This document shows, piece by piece, positions 9,719 to 19,196 of a DNA stretch of 64,000 nucleotides. The stretch comes from Phycisphaerae bacterium (GTDB lineage: Bacteria > Planctomycetota > Phycisphaerae > SM23-33), in contig JADHXQ010000007.1 of the NCBI GenBank assembly GCA_016782885.1, positions 2,313 through 66,312 of the forward strand. The letters run 5' to 3'. Each line of letters starts with the position of its first letter. The stretch's first letter is position 1. The position numbers were made by a program, and so were the translations under genes. The notes below the pieces were generated by a model, which saw only the letters and a list, made by a program, of their open reading frames with translations, was not told the origin of the DNA and made no database searches.

Positions 9719-11080
9719 ATGATTGCTAAAATGTTGAAACGCCCCATCGCCTTACCCGTCGTTGTGGCGACGGTTGCACTGTGCATATCAACGACACCGG
9801 CCCGTGCGGACGCCGTGGGCGGAACACTCGGCACCATCAGCGCCATCGATACGCTCTGGGTATTGATGGCTGCGTTCTTCGTGTTCTTCATGCAGGCAGG
9901 TTTCGGAATGGTGGAAGCCGGCTTCATCCGTTCGAAGAACACGTGCAACATCCTGACCAAAAACTTCGTGGACTACTGCAGCGCGAGCATAATGTTCTTC
10001 CTGGTCGGATATGCGTTCATGTTCGGCGCGGGTAACGGTTTTATAGGTTGGGACGGATTCGCTCTTGGCGGGGGCGCCGCCGGAGCGGACGGTTCGGCTT
10101 CGGTGGCCGACAACCTTCCGATCTGGGCGTTCTGGTTGTTCCAGGCGGCATTCTGCGGCGCCGCGGCGACGATCGTCGCGGGCGGGATGGCCGGACGAAT
10201 GAAATTCCACGCTTACCTGCTCTACACCGTTGTCATCAGCGGTCTGGTTTACCCGATCGTAGGCCACTGGATATGGGGCGGCGGATGGTTGGCGGGGATG
10301 GGGTTCAAGGACTTCGCCGGTTCGACCGTGGTCCACGCCACCGGCGGTTGCGCGGCGCTCGTGGGCACGATTCTTCTCGGTCCGCGACTGGGCAAGTATC
10401 AGGGCGAAAAGGTCAAAGCGATCCTCGGGCACAGTATTCCTCTGGCATCTCTGGGCGTGTTCATTCTTTGGTTCGGATGGTTCGGTTTCAATCCGGGCAG
10501 CACGCTTGGGATAAGTGGCGAGAATACTAACGCGGCGGCGCTGGTGGCGATTAACACGAATCTTGCAGCCGCCGCCGGCGCGCTGAGCGCAATGGTGACG
10601 ATCTGGATATTCGCCGGTAAGCCTGACCTTGGCATGACGATGAACGGATGCCTTGCCGGTCTGGTTGCGATTACTGCACCGTGTGCATATGTGGATCCCG
10701 CCGCCGCACTGCTTATCGGCGCCATCGGCGGGGTGATCGTGGTTCTCGGTACGCTGCTGCTGGACAGGATCCGGGTGGACGATCCGGTCGGGGCGTTTCC
10801 GGTCCACGGAATGAACGGTATCTGGGGCACGCTTAGCATCGGCCTGTTCGCCACTGACGGCGGTTTGTTCTATGGCGGAGGCGCCGGACTTCTGGGCATC
10901 CAGGCGCTGGGCACGTTTGCGGTAGCGGGGTTTGTAATGGTCTCGATGGGTATCGTCTTTGCAGCCATCAAGTACACCGTCGGTCTGCGGGTGAGCAGGG
11001 AAGCCGAACTCCGCGGGTTGGACATTGGCGAACACGGTATGGAAGCCTACGCGGGATTCCAGATCTTCTCCACAACCTGA
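9719..11080 (+). CDS. amtB: Ammonium transporter (Amt family) with N-terminal signal peptide
   Basis: Signal peptide followed by [29 protein letters not shown] and further Amt hallmarks ([21 protein letters not shown]). Multiple TM helices. Followed by a PII gene. Confidence 0.9.
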   Translation: MIAKMLKRPIALPVVVATVALCISTTPARADAVGGTLGTISAIDTLWVLMAAFFVFFMQAGFGMVEAGFIRSKNTCNILTKNFVDYCSASIMFFLVGYAFMFGAGNGFIGWDGFALGGGAAGADGSASVADNLPIWAFWLFQAAFCGAAATIVAGGMAGRMKFHAYLLYTVVISGLVYPIVGHWIWGGGWLAGMGFKDFAGSTVVHATGGCAALVGTILLGPRLGKYQGEKVKAILGHSIPLASLGVFILWFGWFGFNPGSTLGISGENTNAAALVAINTNLAAAAGALSAMVTIWIFAGKPDLGMTMNGCLAGLVAITAPCAYVDPAAALLIGAIGGVIVVLGTLLLDRIRVDDPVGAFPVHGMNGIWGTLSIGLFATDGGLFYGGGAGLLGIQALGTFAVAGFVMVSMGIVFAAIKYTVGLRVSREAELRGLDIGEHGMEAYAGFQIFSTT

Positions 11081-11125
11081 CTGACGACTCCACAAGCACG
11101 GAAAATTTTAACAGGAGATTCAAGA

Positions 11126-11467
11126 ATGAAACTCGTAATAGCATACATTCAGCCGGAGAAACTTAACGACGTCAAACAGGCGCTCTACGCGGCCGATGTC
11201 TTCAAGATATCCGTAACCAACGCCCTGGGCTGCGGGCAGCAGAAGGGATATCACGAGACCTACAGAGGCGTGGATGTCGAGGTCAACCTTCTGAAGAAGA
11301 CGCGCCTCGAGATCGCCGTAAACGCCGACTTCGTCCAGCCGACGATCGACGCGATCGTCAAAGGCGCCCGGACGGGAAAGATAGGCGACGGGAAGATTCT
11401 CGTACTACCGCTGGAACGCTGCGTACGTATCCGCACCGGCGAAGAAGGCGATGACGCCATCGGATAA
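11126..11467 (+). CDS. glnK: Nitrogen regulatory protein P-II (GlnK-type, amt-linked)
   Basis: 113 aa with a T-loop [14 protein letters not shown] containing the conserved Tyr, and [24 protein letters not shown]. Classic amtB-glnK arrangement. Confidence 0.9.
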   Translation: MKLVIAYIQPEKLNDVKQALYAADVFKISVTNALGCGQQKGYHETYRGVDVEVNLLKKTRLEIAVNADFVQPTIDAIVKGARTGKIGDGKILVLPLERCVRIRTGEEGDDAIG

Positions 11468-11519
11468 ACCTAAAGCAATACTTCGCACAAAAACGCTACA
11501 AAACAGGAAGAAAAGCGCC

Positions 11520-12467
11520 GTGAACACAATCAACCGCATTATCGTTCTATTCCTGATCGCCCTTGTTGGAGCAGTTGGATTTTGCTCCTCCGCCCGAGGC
11601 GAAGACGCCGGCGGCGACACCGCCCCTGCCAAAACCTCCGGTTGGACCAAGCCGATACCCATTGGCTTCTACATGGACTACACGGTAGCCACCGACTACA
11701 TCTGGCGAGGGATCAATTTCAGCGAGTACCGCGGAGAAGGGCGCGAGAAGCTCAACCACCAGATGACCGCAGGAGTCAACTACGATACCGGCGCCTTCGG
11801 AAAGATCGATTTCTCGGTCTGGTTCGAGTGGTACGGCGCCAACGACAACATCAGCGGCGTCAATAGCGACGGTAGTCTCCAGGAAGTCGACTACACGATC
11901 GCCTGGACGTACGATCTGTCGAAGATCTGCCCGAAGGTCCCGGTCGAGCTGACGTTCGGATGGATCGGTTACGACTTCCCGCAGTTCAGCGACGATCCGG
12001 GCTTCACCAACGAGTATTTCATCGGCCTGGCGCTGGACGACCAGAAGCTTATGGGCGAAAACTGGTTCGCGCTGAACCCGACGCTTACGTACTACCAGGA
12101 TCTCGACGACGTCGCCTCACTTGGACAGGGCTCATGGCTGGAATTCGGTATCAGTCACGAATTCAAATTGTCCAAATGCCCGAAGATGGGCAAAATACCG
12201 GTCATCAAGGATCTGACGATAACTCCGTCGTTCGCGCTGAGCATGGACATCGGGTACATCGACTCGGGCACGCGTCTAGCCGCCGCGCAGTACGGTCTGG
12301 ATGTCGGGTATGATCTCGGCAAGGCGCTGGGGCTGCCCGAGCAGTACGGCAGTGTCAGCCTCACCGGGTTCCTTAAATACTCTGACGCGGTGGCCGACAA
12401 TTCATCGGGATTCGCCAACCTCAACGATGAGTTCTGGGGCGGATTCAGCGTCGGATGGGAGTGGTAG
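11520..12467 (+). CDS. Putative outer-membrane beta-barrel (porin-like) protein
   Basis: GTG start at 11520 with an AGGAAG Shine-Dalgarno. The listed ATG at 11451 would overlap glnK. Signal peptide VNTINRIIVLFLIALVGAVGFCSSA. Alternating amphipathic beta-strand pattern and a C-terminal aromatic residue (...GGFSVGWEW) typical of OM beta-barrels. Confidence 0.5.
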   Translation: MNTINRIIVLFLIALVGAVGFCSSARGEDAGGDTAPAKTSGWTKPIPIGFYMDYTVATDYIWRGINFSEYRGEGREKLNHQMTAGVNYDTGAFGKIDFSVWFEWYGANDNISGVNSDGSLQEVDYTIAWTYDLSKICPKVPVELTFGWIGYDFPQFSDDPGFTNEYFIGLALDDQKLMGENWFALNPTLTYYQDLDDVASLGQGSWLEFGISHEFKLSKCPKMGKIPVIKDLTITPSFALSMDIGYIDSGTRLAAAQYGLDVGYDLGKALGLPEQYGSVSLTGFLKYSDAVADNSSGFANLNDEFWGGFSVGWEW

Positions 12468-12578
12468 AACAACACAAGGCACTGCAAAGCTTAGTCTTGG
12501 AGCCCGGGCGCTGCTTCGGTAGTGACGGTCCTATAGGAAAAGAGACTCCTTTCCAATCCAGACACGGATCAGGTTTTT

Positions 12579-12600
12579 CCGGCCTCCGAGGGCCTTTTTA
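12579..12600 (+). terminator. Possible intrinsic terminator (short GC hairpin plus T5) after the amtB-glnK-OMP unit
   Basis: ccGGCCtccgaGGGCCttttt about 110 nt after the stop at 12467. The stem is only 4-5 bp, so this is weak. Confidence 0.25.
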
Positions 12601-12722
12601 TCCTACATAAATGTCTCATTATTACAATTTCGCGACAGCTCTGTAGCTTCCTGTGGCCTCCAGTAAATCTCCATAGGCACATATCTCCTGTTTCTGCAAT
12701 CAGTTAGAGAGACGAGGCAATC

Positions 12723-12738
12723 TGGCACACATTGTGCT
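12723..12738 (+). promoter_or_regulatory. Candidate sigma-54 (-24/-12) promoter upstream of gltBD
   Basis: TGGCACACATTGTGCT, with GG and GC at canonical spacing, ~200 nt upstream of the gltB start. Same regulon logic as the amtB promoter. Confidence 0.35.
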
Positions 12739-12939
12739 TTAATAATCACAGCTATTCGTGCCTGGATCGCGAAGCGCAAAAGGCGTTCTAAACGTACCGC
12801 CTGCTGTCTTGAAGGGCAAGGAGTCTAATTATGCCATATGATTACTTCATCATCCCGCGTAAATTCCACCCGGAAATGCGCTATAATTACCACAGCAGTC
12901 CACGGAGCAAATGACTATCGAAGGTCCGCACCAGGAAAA

Positions 12940-15900
12940 ATGACCTGCAACCCGCACAAACCACAGGGGCTCCCTCAAGGCCTGTACCGTCCGGAATACG
13001 AGCATGACGCCTGCGGTATGGGCGCCGTGGTAAGCATTAATGGAACACGCAGCCACAATATTCTCGATCTGGGCAACCAGGTATTGTTGAATCTTCAGCA
13101 TCGCGGCGCGTCGGGCAGCGATGGGGTCACCGGTGACGGTGCGGGCATACTCTTGCAGATCCCCCACCGTTTCTTCAAAACCGAGACCGCCAAACACGGT
13201 GTCGATCTCCCGGCGCGGGGAACGTACGGTGTGGCGATGCTGTTTGCACCCAAGGATCAGGCCCTCCGCAAACGATGCCACGAATTGTTCCGCCAGGCAG
13301 TCGCTCATTACGGGTTGGTGGTGCTGGGCCAACGCGATGTACCCGGGGACACCTCGGGGCTGGGGGATATCGCCAGAGCGTCCGAGCCTTTCATTTATCA
13401 GGTATTTCTTGGCGCGGGCGGGCAGGAAGCCCAACCGCTGGAACGGGCGCTATACATGGCCCGGAAACGTGCCGAGCGGCTCATCAGCCAAACCCTGGGC
13501 GACGAGGCGGTCGATTTCTACATTTGTTCCATGTCAAGCCGCACGATCTGCTACAAGGGCATGTTCCTTGCGCCGCAGTTGTTCGGATATTATCCGGATC
13601 TGTCGAACCGGGAGACCGAATCGTCCCTGGCGATGGTGCACCAGCGTTACAGCACCAACACGTTCCCGAAGTGGAAACTGGCCCAACCGTTCCGGATGAT
13701 CGCCCACAATGGCGAGATCAACACGCTCAGCGGTAACGCCAACCGAATGCACTCTCGCGAAGGCCTCCTGGACTGCGAATCGCTCGGTAGCGACCTGACC
13801 GACCTGATACCGATCCTGACTCCCGGAACCAGCGACAGCGCCCAGTTTGACAACGCGGTGGAACTGCTCGTCCGGGCCGGACGGTCGCTGCCGCACGCGA
13901 TGATGATGATGATTCCCGAGGCGTTTGGGCCAGGCTATCACATCAGCACTGACAAGCGGGCGTTCTACGAGTATCACGCGGCGATCATGGAGCCCTGGGA
14001 CGGTCCGGCCGCGATGGCATTCACGGACGGAAGCATAGTTGGCGGAATGCTGGACCGCAACGGGCTCCGTCCGGGCAGATATATTGTAACCACCGACGAT
14101 CTGGTGGTCCTGGCCAGTGAGGTCGGAGTGGTTGACTTCCCGCCCAAACGGATCAGAGCCAAGGGACGCCTGCGACCGGGGCGCATGTTCCTCGTCGACA
14201 CCAAAGCCGGTCGCATAATCCTCGATAACGAGATCAAGGGGCGTATCGCACGACAGAAACCGTACCGAAGGTGGCTTGCGGAAAACCGTATCGAACTGCG
14301 AGGATTGTTCGCCACCACCAAGGTCCAACCGCCGGATCCCTCGGTCTTGCACAAGCAGATGCGGACTTTTGGATACACGCGTGAAGTACAGCGACTGATT
14401 CTCATTCCGATGGCGGTCGATGCCCAGGAAGCCGTGGGCTCCATGGGCACTGACACGCCTCTGGCGGTGCTGTCGGACCGGCCAAAGCTGCTGTTCGAGT
14501 ACTTCAAGCAGCTCTTCGCCCAGGTCACCAATCCTCCTATCGACCCGTTGCGAGAGGGGCTCGTGATGTCGTTAACGAGCTTTGTCGGAGAGCAACAGAA
14601 CCTTCTTGCCGAGAGCCCCGAGCATTGCCGCATGCTCAAGTTGCCTCATCCCATTTTGACTAACGAAGACATGACTCTTCTCAAAGCGGCCAGGAGAGAT
14701 GACCTTGCGGTCGCATCTCTCGACGCCCTGTTCGACGCCGCCGGCGACAATCCCGGCGAGGCGCTGCGGCAGGGAATCGAACAACTGATCGCCAAATGCG
14801 TCAAGGCCGTTGATGACGGCGCATCCCTGATCGTGATATCAGACCGTAACTTCACCAGCGATCTGGCGCCAATCCCCATCCTGCTGGCAACGTCAGCGGT
14901 GCAACATGCACTTGGGAAGCGTAAACTGCGAGGGCGGGCGGGACTCATCATCGAAACCGGTGAAGCTCGTGAAGTCATGCACTTCTGCCTGTTGTGCGGT
15001 TACGGCGCCAACGCGGTTAATCCGTATCTGGCTTTTGACGCTCTCAATGAGTTATCCGAACTGGGCGAAATTCCCGAACACATCGACCCCGAGCAGATAG
15101 TCGACAACTACATATCCGCCGTCAAGAAAGGCATCCTCAAGACAATGTCCAAGATGGGCATCTCCACGCTGCGGAGCTACCAGGGCGCCCAGTTGTTTGA
15201 GGCAATCGGAATCAACCGAAGCGTGATCGACGCTTACTTCTCCGGCACGCCGTCGCGGATACAGGGCGTGGATATCGACACGATCGCTCGGGAAGCGTTA
15301 ATGAGGCACGAGGAAGCTCACGCCGATCCGATCCCGGGCGAGTTGCCTCTCGAGTACGGCGGGGAATACAGTTATCGCGTTGACGGCGAGGAGCATCTCT
15401 GGAATCCGGAAACGGTCTCGCTGCTCCAGCACGCCGTGCGCGCCGGCGACACGGAAACATACGAGAAGTACGCCGCACTCATCAACGATCAATCCAAAAA
15501 ACTGTTCACGCTGCGAGGCCTCTTTGAATTTGCGCCTGGCGAGCCCGTGGCGATAGACGAAGTCGAACCGGCAGAGGAAATCGTCAAGCGGTTCTGCACG
15601 GGCGCAATGTCGCACGGTTCGATCAGCAAGGAAACCCACGAAACGATGGCCCTGGCGATGAATCGCCTCGGCGCGATGAGCAATACCGGCGAGGGAGGAG
15701 AAGACCCTGCGCGTTACGCCCCGACCGGTAACGGCGATTCGCTCAACAGCGCGATCAAGCAAGTGGCCAGCGCGCGGTTCGGGGTGACAATCGAGTACCT
15801 TTCCCAGGCGAAGATGCTGCAGATCAAGATGGCCCAGGGCGCCAAGCCCGGTGAAGGCGGACAGTTGCCCGGATACAAGGTAACCGAAGATATCGCCCGC

Positions 15901-17511
15901 CTGCGGCACGCCACTGGGGGCGTGACACTGATATCCCCGCCTCCTCACCACGACATTTACTCCATCGAGGACCTGGCCCAACTGATCTACGACCTGAAAT
16001 GCGCCAACGGGGAAGCCCGGATCTCGGTAAAACTGGTCAGTGAAGCCGGCGTGGGCACGGTCGCGGCGGGAGTGGCAAAGGGAAACGCCGATGAAGTGCT
16101 CATCTCCGGACACGACGGCGGTACGGGCGCCAGTCCCCTGTCGTCAATCAAACACGCGGGCGGTCCGTGGGAACTGGGCCTTGCCGAAACGCAGCAGACT
16201 CTGGTTCGCAACGGTCTGCGGGATCGAATCTGCCTGCAGGCGGACGGACAGATGAAAACCGGGCGCGACGTCGTTGTCGCCGCCCTGCTCGGCGCCGAGC
16301 GATTCGGTTTTGGCACGGCACCGCTGGTATCGCTGGGATGCTGCCTCATGCGAAAATGCCACCTGGGCACCTGCCCTGTTGGAATCGCCGCACAAGACCC
16401 GGAACTCAGAAAACAGTTCACCGGAAAGAGCGAACACCTTCAAAACTTCATGATGTTCGTGGCCAACGAGGTTCGCGCCATCATGTCCGCGCTGGGCTTC
16501 CGCAAGTTTGAAGATATGGTCGGACAGACCGGCATCCTCCAACGTCGAAAAGCAATCGATCACTGGAAAGCTCGCGGTCTGGATCTGTCGGCGATCCTCT
16601 ACAGCACCGCCGCTACTAGTGGAAGCCCCGCCCGCCAGGTTCGAAACCAGGATGACATGCTGGCGTCGCATCTTGACCGACAGATCCTTGAGGCTGTCGG
16701 CAATAGTATCCAGACCCGCCAGAAAATATCCCTGGAGATCCCGATTAAGAACAGGGATCGTGCGGTGGGCGCCATTCTGAGCAATAGGATTGCCCGAGCC
16801 CACGGGTCGGAGGGCCTGGAAGACGGGACAATTAACGTCACGCTGAATGGTTCGGCGGGGCAGAGTTTCGGGGCGTTTCTGGCCCCGGGCGTGACGTTCA
16901 ACCTGGTTGGCGACAGCAACGATTATCTGGGCAAGGGACTCTCGGGCGGACGGATCGTGGTTCGGACACCTCCATCAGCCCCCTTCCCGCCGCACGAGAA
17001 CGTTATCACCGGTAATGTTGTGCTTTACGGCGCGACGGCGGGCGAGGTGTTCATCAACGGCCTGGCCGGTGAGCGGTTCGCCGTCCGCAACAGCGGAGCG
17101 GTGGCGGTTGTTGAAGGCATCGGCGACCATGGTTGCGAGTACATGACCGGCGGAGTCGTGGTCGTGCTCGGGCAAACCGGGCGAAACTTCGCCGCGGGAA
17201 TGAGCGGAGGGATTGCCTATGTCCTCGACGAGCATCAGCTCTTCGACACGCTGTGCAATCTGGATCTGGTGGATATCGAACCAATCCTGGACCCTGCCGA
17301 TACCGACCGATTGCATGCGCTAATCGCACGCCATCACGAATGGACGGGCAGCCTTCGGGCAAAAGGAATCCTGGATCGATGGCGCGACATGCTGGGCAAA
17401 TTCGTGAAAGTGGTGCCAATCGACTATCGACGGGCTATCCAGCGGATGAGAGATCGTGAAGAGAGGCAGGCTGACAGCACTCCGGCCACCGAGGAGGTGT
17501 TCCGTGGGTAA
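12940..17511 (+). CDS. gltB: Glutamate synthase large subunit (GOGAT, NADPH-dependent type)
   Basis: ATG at 12940 with an AGGAAAA Shine-Dalgarno. Cys1-containing Ntn amidotransferase start (CGMGAVVSINGTRSH). FMN/central domain, and the C-terminal GXGG beta-helix (GDHGCEYMTGGVVVVLG). ~1520 aa. Confidence 0.92.
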   Translation: MTCNPHKPQGLPQGLYRPEYEHDACGMGAVVSINGTRSHNILDLGNQVLLNLQHRGASGSDGVTGDGAGILLQIPHRFFKTETAKHGVDLPARGTYGVAMLFAPKDQALRKRCHELFRQAVAHYGLVVLGQRDVPGDTSGLGDIARASEPFIYQVFLGAGGQEAQPLERALYMARKRAERLISQTLGDEAVDFYICSMSSRTICYKGMFLAPQLFGYYPDLSNRETESSLAMVHQRYSTNTFPKWKLAQPFRMIAHNGEINTLSGNANRMHSREGLLDCESLGSDLTDLIPILTPGTSDSAQFDNAVELLVRAGRSLPHAMMMMIPEAFGPGYHISTDKRAFYEYHAAIMEPWDGPAAMAFTDGSIVGGMLDRNGLRPGRYIVTTDDLVVLASEVGVVDFPPKRIRAKGRLRPGRMFLVDTKAGRIILDNEIKGRIARQKPYRRWLAENRIELRGLFATTKVQPPDPSVLHKQMRTFGYTREVQRLILIPMAVDAQEAVGSMGTDTPLAVLSDRPKLLFEYFKQLFAQVTNPPIDPLREGLVMSLTSFVGEQQNLLAESPEHCRMLKLPHPILTNEDMTLLKAARRDDLAVASLDALFDAAGDNPGEALRQGIEQLIAKCVKAVDDGASLIVISDRNFTSDLAPIPILLATSAVQHALGKRKLRGRAGLIIETGEAREVMHFCLLCGYGANAVNPYLAFDALNELSELGEIPEHIDPEQIVDNYISAVKKGILKTMSKMGISTLRSYQGAQLFEAIGINRSVIDAYFSGTPSRIQGVDIDTIAREALMRHEEAHADPIPGELPLEYGGEYSYRVDGEEHLWNPETVSLLQHAVRAGDTETYEKYAALINDQSKKLFTLRGLFEFAPGEPVAIDEVEPAEEIVKRFCTGAMSHGSISKETHETMALAMNRLGAMSNTGEGGEDPARYAPTGNGDSLNSAIKQVASARFGVTIEYLSQAKMLQIKMAQGAKPGEGGQLPGYKVTEDIARLRHATGGVTLISPPPHHDIYSIEDLAQLIYDLKCANGEARISVKLVSEAGVGTVAAGVAKGNADEVLISGHDGGTGASPLSSIKHAGGPWELGLAETQQTLVRNGLRDRICLQADGQMKTGRDVVVAALLGAERFGFGTAPLVSLGCCLMRKCHLGTCPVGIAAQDPELRKQFTGKSEHLQNFMMFVANEVRAIMSALGFRKFEDMVGQTGILQRRKAIDHWKARGLDLSAILYSTAATSGSPARQVRNQDDMLASHLDRQILEAVGNSIQTRQKISLEIPIKNRDRAVGAILSNRIARAHGSEGLEDGTINVTLNGSAGQSFGAFLAPGVTFNLVGDSNDYLGKGLSGGRIVVRTPPSAPFPPHENVITGNVVLYGATAGEVFINGLAGERFAVRNSGAVAVVEGIGDHGCEYMTGGVVVVLGQTGRNFAAGMSGGIAYVLDEHQLFDTLCNLDLVDIEPILDPADTDRLHALIARHHEWTGSLRAKGILDRWRDMLGKFVKVVPIDYRRAIQRMRDREERQADSTPATEEVFRG

Positions 17512-18928
17512 ACCGACCGGATTCATGGAATATCATCGCATCGAGGCGCCTCGTCGCCGGGTCGATGAAAGGGTCGGCGACTACCGCGAGATCAATCTGC
17601 CGCTATCGGCGGAAGCCATTAATCAACAATCGGCACGCTGCATGGACTGCGGAATTCCATTCTGCCACGGGTTCGGTTGCCCACTGGCCAATCGTATCCC
17701 CGAGTTCAATGATCTGGTATATCAGGACCGATGGCGCCAGGCATGTGAGATGCTCCATGCGACCAATAACTTCCCGGAGATTACCGGACGTCTGTGCCCG
17801 GCGCCGTGCGAGGCGGCATGTACGCTGAATATCAACAACAAACCGGTCTCAATCAAGCAGATCGAACTTGAAATCGTCGAACGTGGATTCTCCGCCGGAT
17901 GGATCGGGCCCCTTATCCCAGAGAAGAAGACCGGCAAGCGGGCGGCCGTTGTCGGATCGGGCCCGGCGGGTCTCGCCGCCGCACAGCAACTCGCACGCGC
18001 CGGACATGACGTGGTCGTCTTCGAGAAGGATCGCCGGATCGGCGGATTGCTGAGATACGGAATCCCCGACTTCAAACTCGAAAAGAGAATCATCGACCGC
18101 CGCCTCGAACAGATGCGGGCGGAAGGCGTGGAGTTCCAGACCGGCGTTATCGTCGGAAAGGACCTTTCGCTGAAGTACCTCCGCCAGCGGTTCGACGCAA
18201 TCTGCCTGACGATCGGAGCCGGCAGGCCGCGCGACCTGGGCGTTCCCGGGCGGGGACTTGAGAATATCCATTTCGCCATGGAATACCTCGCCCAGCAGAA
18301 TCGCGTTAATTCAGGCGAAGACCTCGGCAGCGACAAGCAGATCACCGCCAGGGACAAGATCGTAGTCGTCATAGGCGGTGGAGACACCGGAAGCGATTGC
18401 GTGGGCACGGCCATTCGCCAGGGCGCGAGCGAAGTTCACCAGTTCGAGATCCTTCCCAGGCCTCCCGAAGGTCAGGATCCGAAAGCGCCCTGGCCTCTGT
18501 GGCCGAAAATCCTGCGGACCTCGACTTCTCACCAGGAGGGCTGCCTGCGCCGTTGGGGCGTCCTGACCAAGAGATTCATGGGCGCCGGAGAGCGGGTCAG
18601 CCAGTTGCGCGGTTGCGATGTAACGTGGACCGAGACCAAAGGCAAGTGGAAGATGAGCGAAGCGGCAGGGACAGAGTTCCAAATGGATGTGGATCTGGTG
18701 CTGCTGGCAATGGGGTTCCTGCACGTGGTTCGAGACGGTCTGGTCGAAAGCTTCGCCCTGAAATGCGATCCGACAGGCAATCTCATGGTGGACGAAGATT
18801 ACCGGACTTCCGAACCCGGTATATTCGCGGCGGGAGACTCAGTGGTCGGCGCGTCGCTGATCGTTCGCGTCATCGCAGCCGGCAGGGCTACAGCAGCGTC
18901 CATAAACCGTTACCTGCAAAACTCTTAG
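17504..18928 (+). CDS. gltD: Glutamate synthase small subunit (NADPH-dependent, FAD/4Fe-4S)
   Basis: GTG at 17504 preceded by GAGGAGG 6 nt upstream, overlapping the gltB stop by 8 nt (translational coupling). GKPTGFMEY start, Cys clusters, and the dinucleotide-binding motif AAVVGSGPAGLAAAQQLARAGHDVVVFEK. Confidence 0.9.
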   Translation: MGKPTGFMEYHRIEAPRRRVDERVGDYREINLPLSAEAINQQSARCMDCGIPFCHGFGCPLANRIPEFNDLVYQDRWRQACEMLHATNNFPEITGRLCPAPCEAACTLNINNKPVSIKQIELEIVERGFSAGWIGPLIPEKKTGKRAAVVGSGPAGLAAAQQLARAGHDVVVFEKDRRIGGLLRYGIPDFKLEKRIIDRRLEQMRAEGVEFQTGVIVGKDLSLKYLRQRFDAICLTIGAGRPRDLGVPGRGLENIHFAMEYLAQQNRVNSGEDLGSDKQITARDKIVVVIGGGDTGSDCVGTAIRQGASEVHQFEILPRPPEGQDPKAPWPLWPKILRTSTSHQEGCLRRWGVLTKRFMGAGERVSQLRGCDVTWTETKGKWKMSEAAGTEFQMDVDLVLLAMGFLHVVRDGLVESFALKCDPTGNLMVDEDYRTSEPGIFAAGDSVVGASLIVRVIAAGRATAASINRYLQNS

Positions 18929-19196
18929 TCATAGCCCCCCTCAATAATGGTATGGCAGAGGGCCGGCATCGATTTCATCTTCCAGACGTCGAGTGATTTC
19001 AGCTTGCTTTCCGGGAATCATGCTACCTGGCGGCCTGGAGCGCCTCGATGATTCCCTTGCTGACATATTGAGCGATCAGGTCGTTGCCCGCCAGTACAGT
19101 CGGCACGCGCCCGCCATTGAACCCGTGCTTGAAGAGCTTGACCTTGAGCCCCCTGGTCTTGTGCTCATCGCCAGCGCCTTTTTCATCACAGATCCT

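Noticed and set aside
9788-11095. A 435-aa minus-strand ORF
   Set aside because: It is antisense to amtB and Arg/His-rich low complexity.
12468-12939. A search for tRNA or other RNA genes in this long intergenic region and in the other gaps (37624-37789, 43125-43182, 47533-47695)
   Set aside because: No T-loop (GTTCGAATC-like) or cloverleaf-compatible segments were seen by eye. tRNAscan or Infernal would be needed to be certain.
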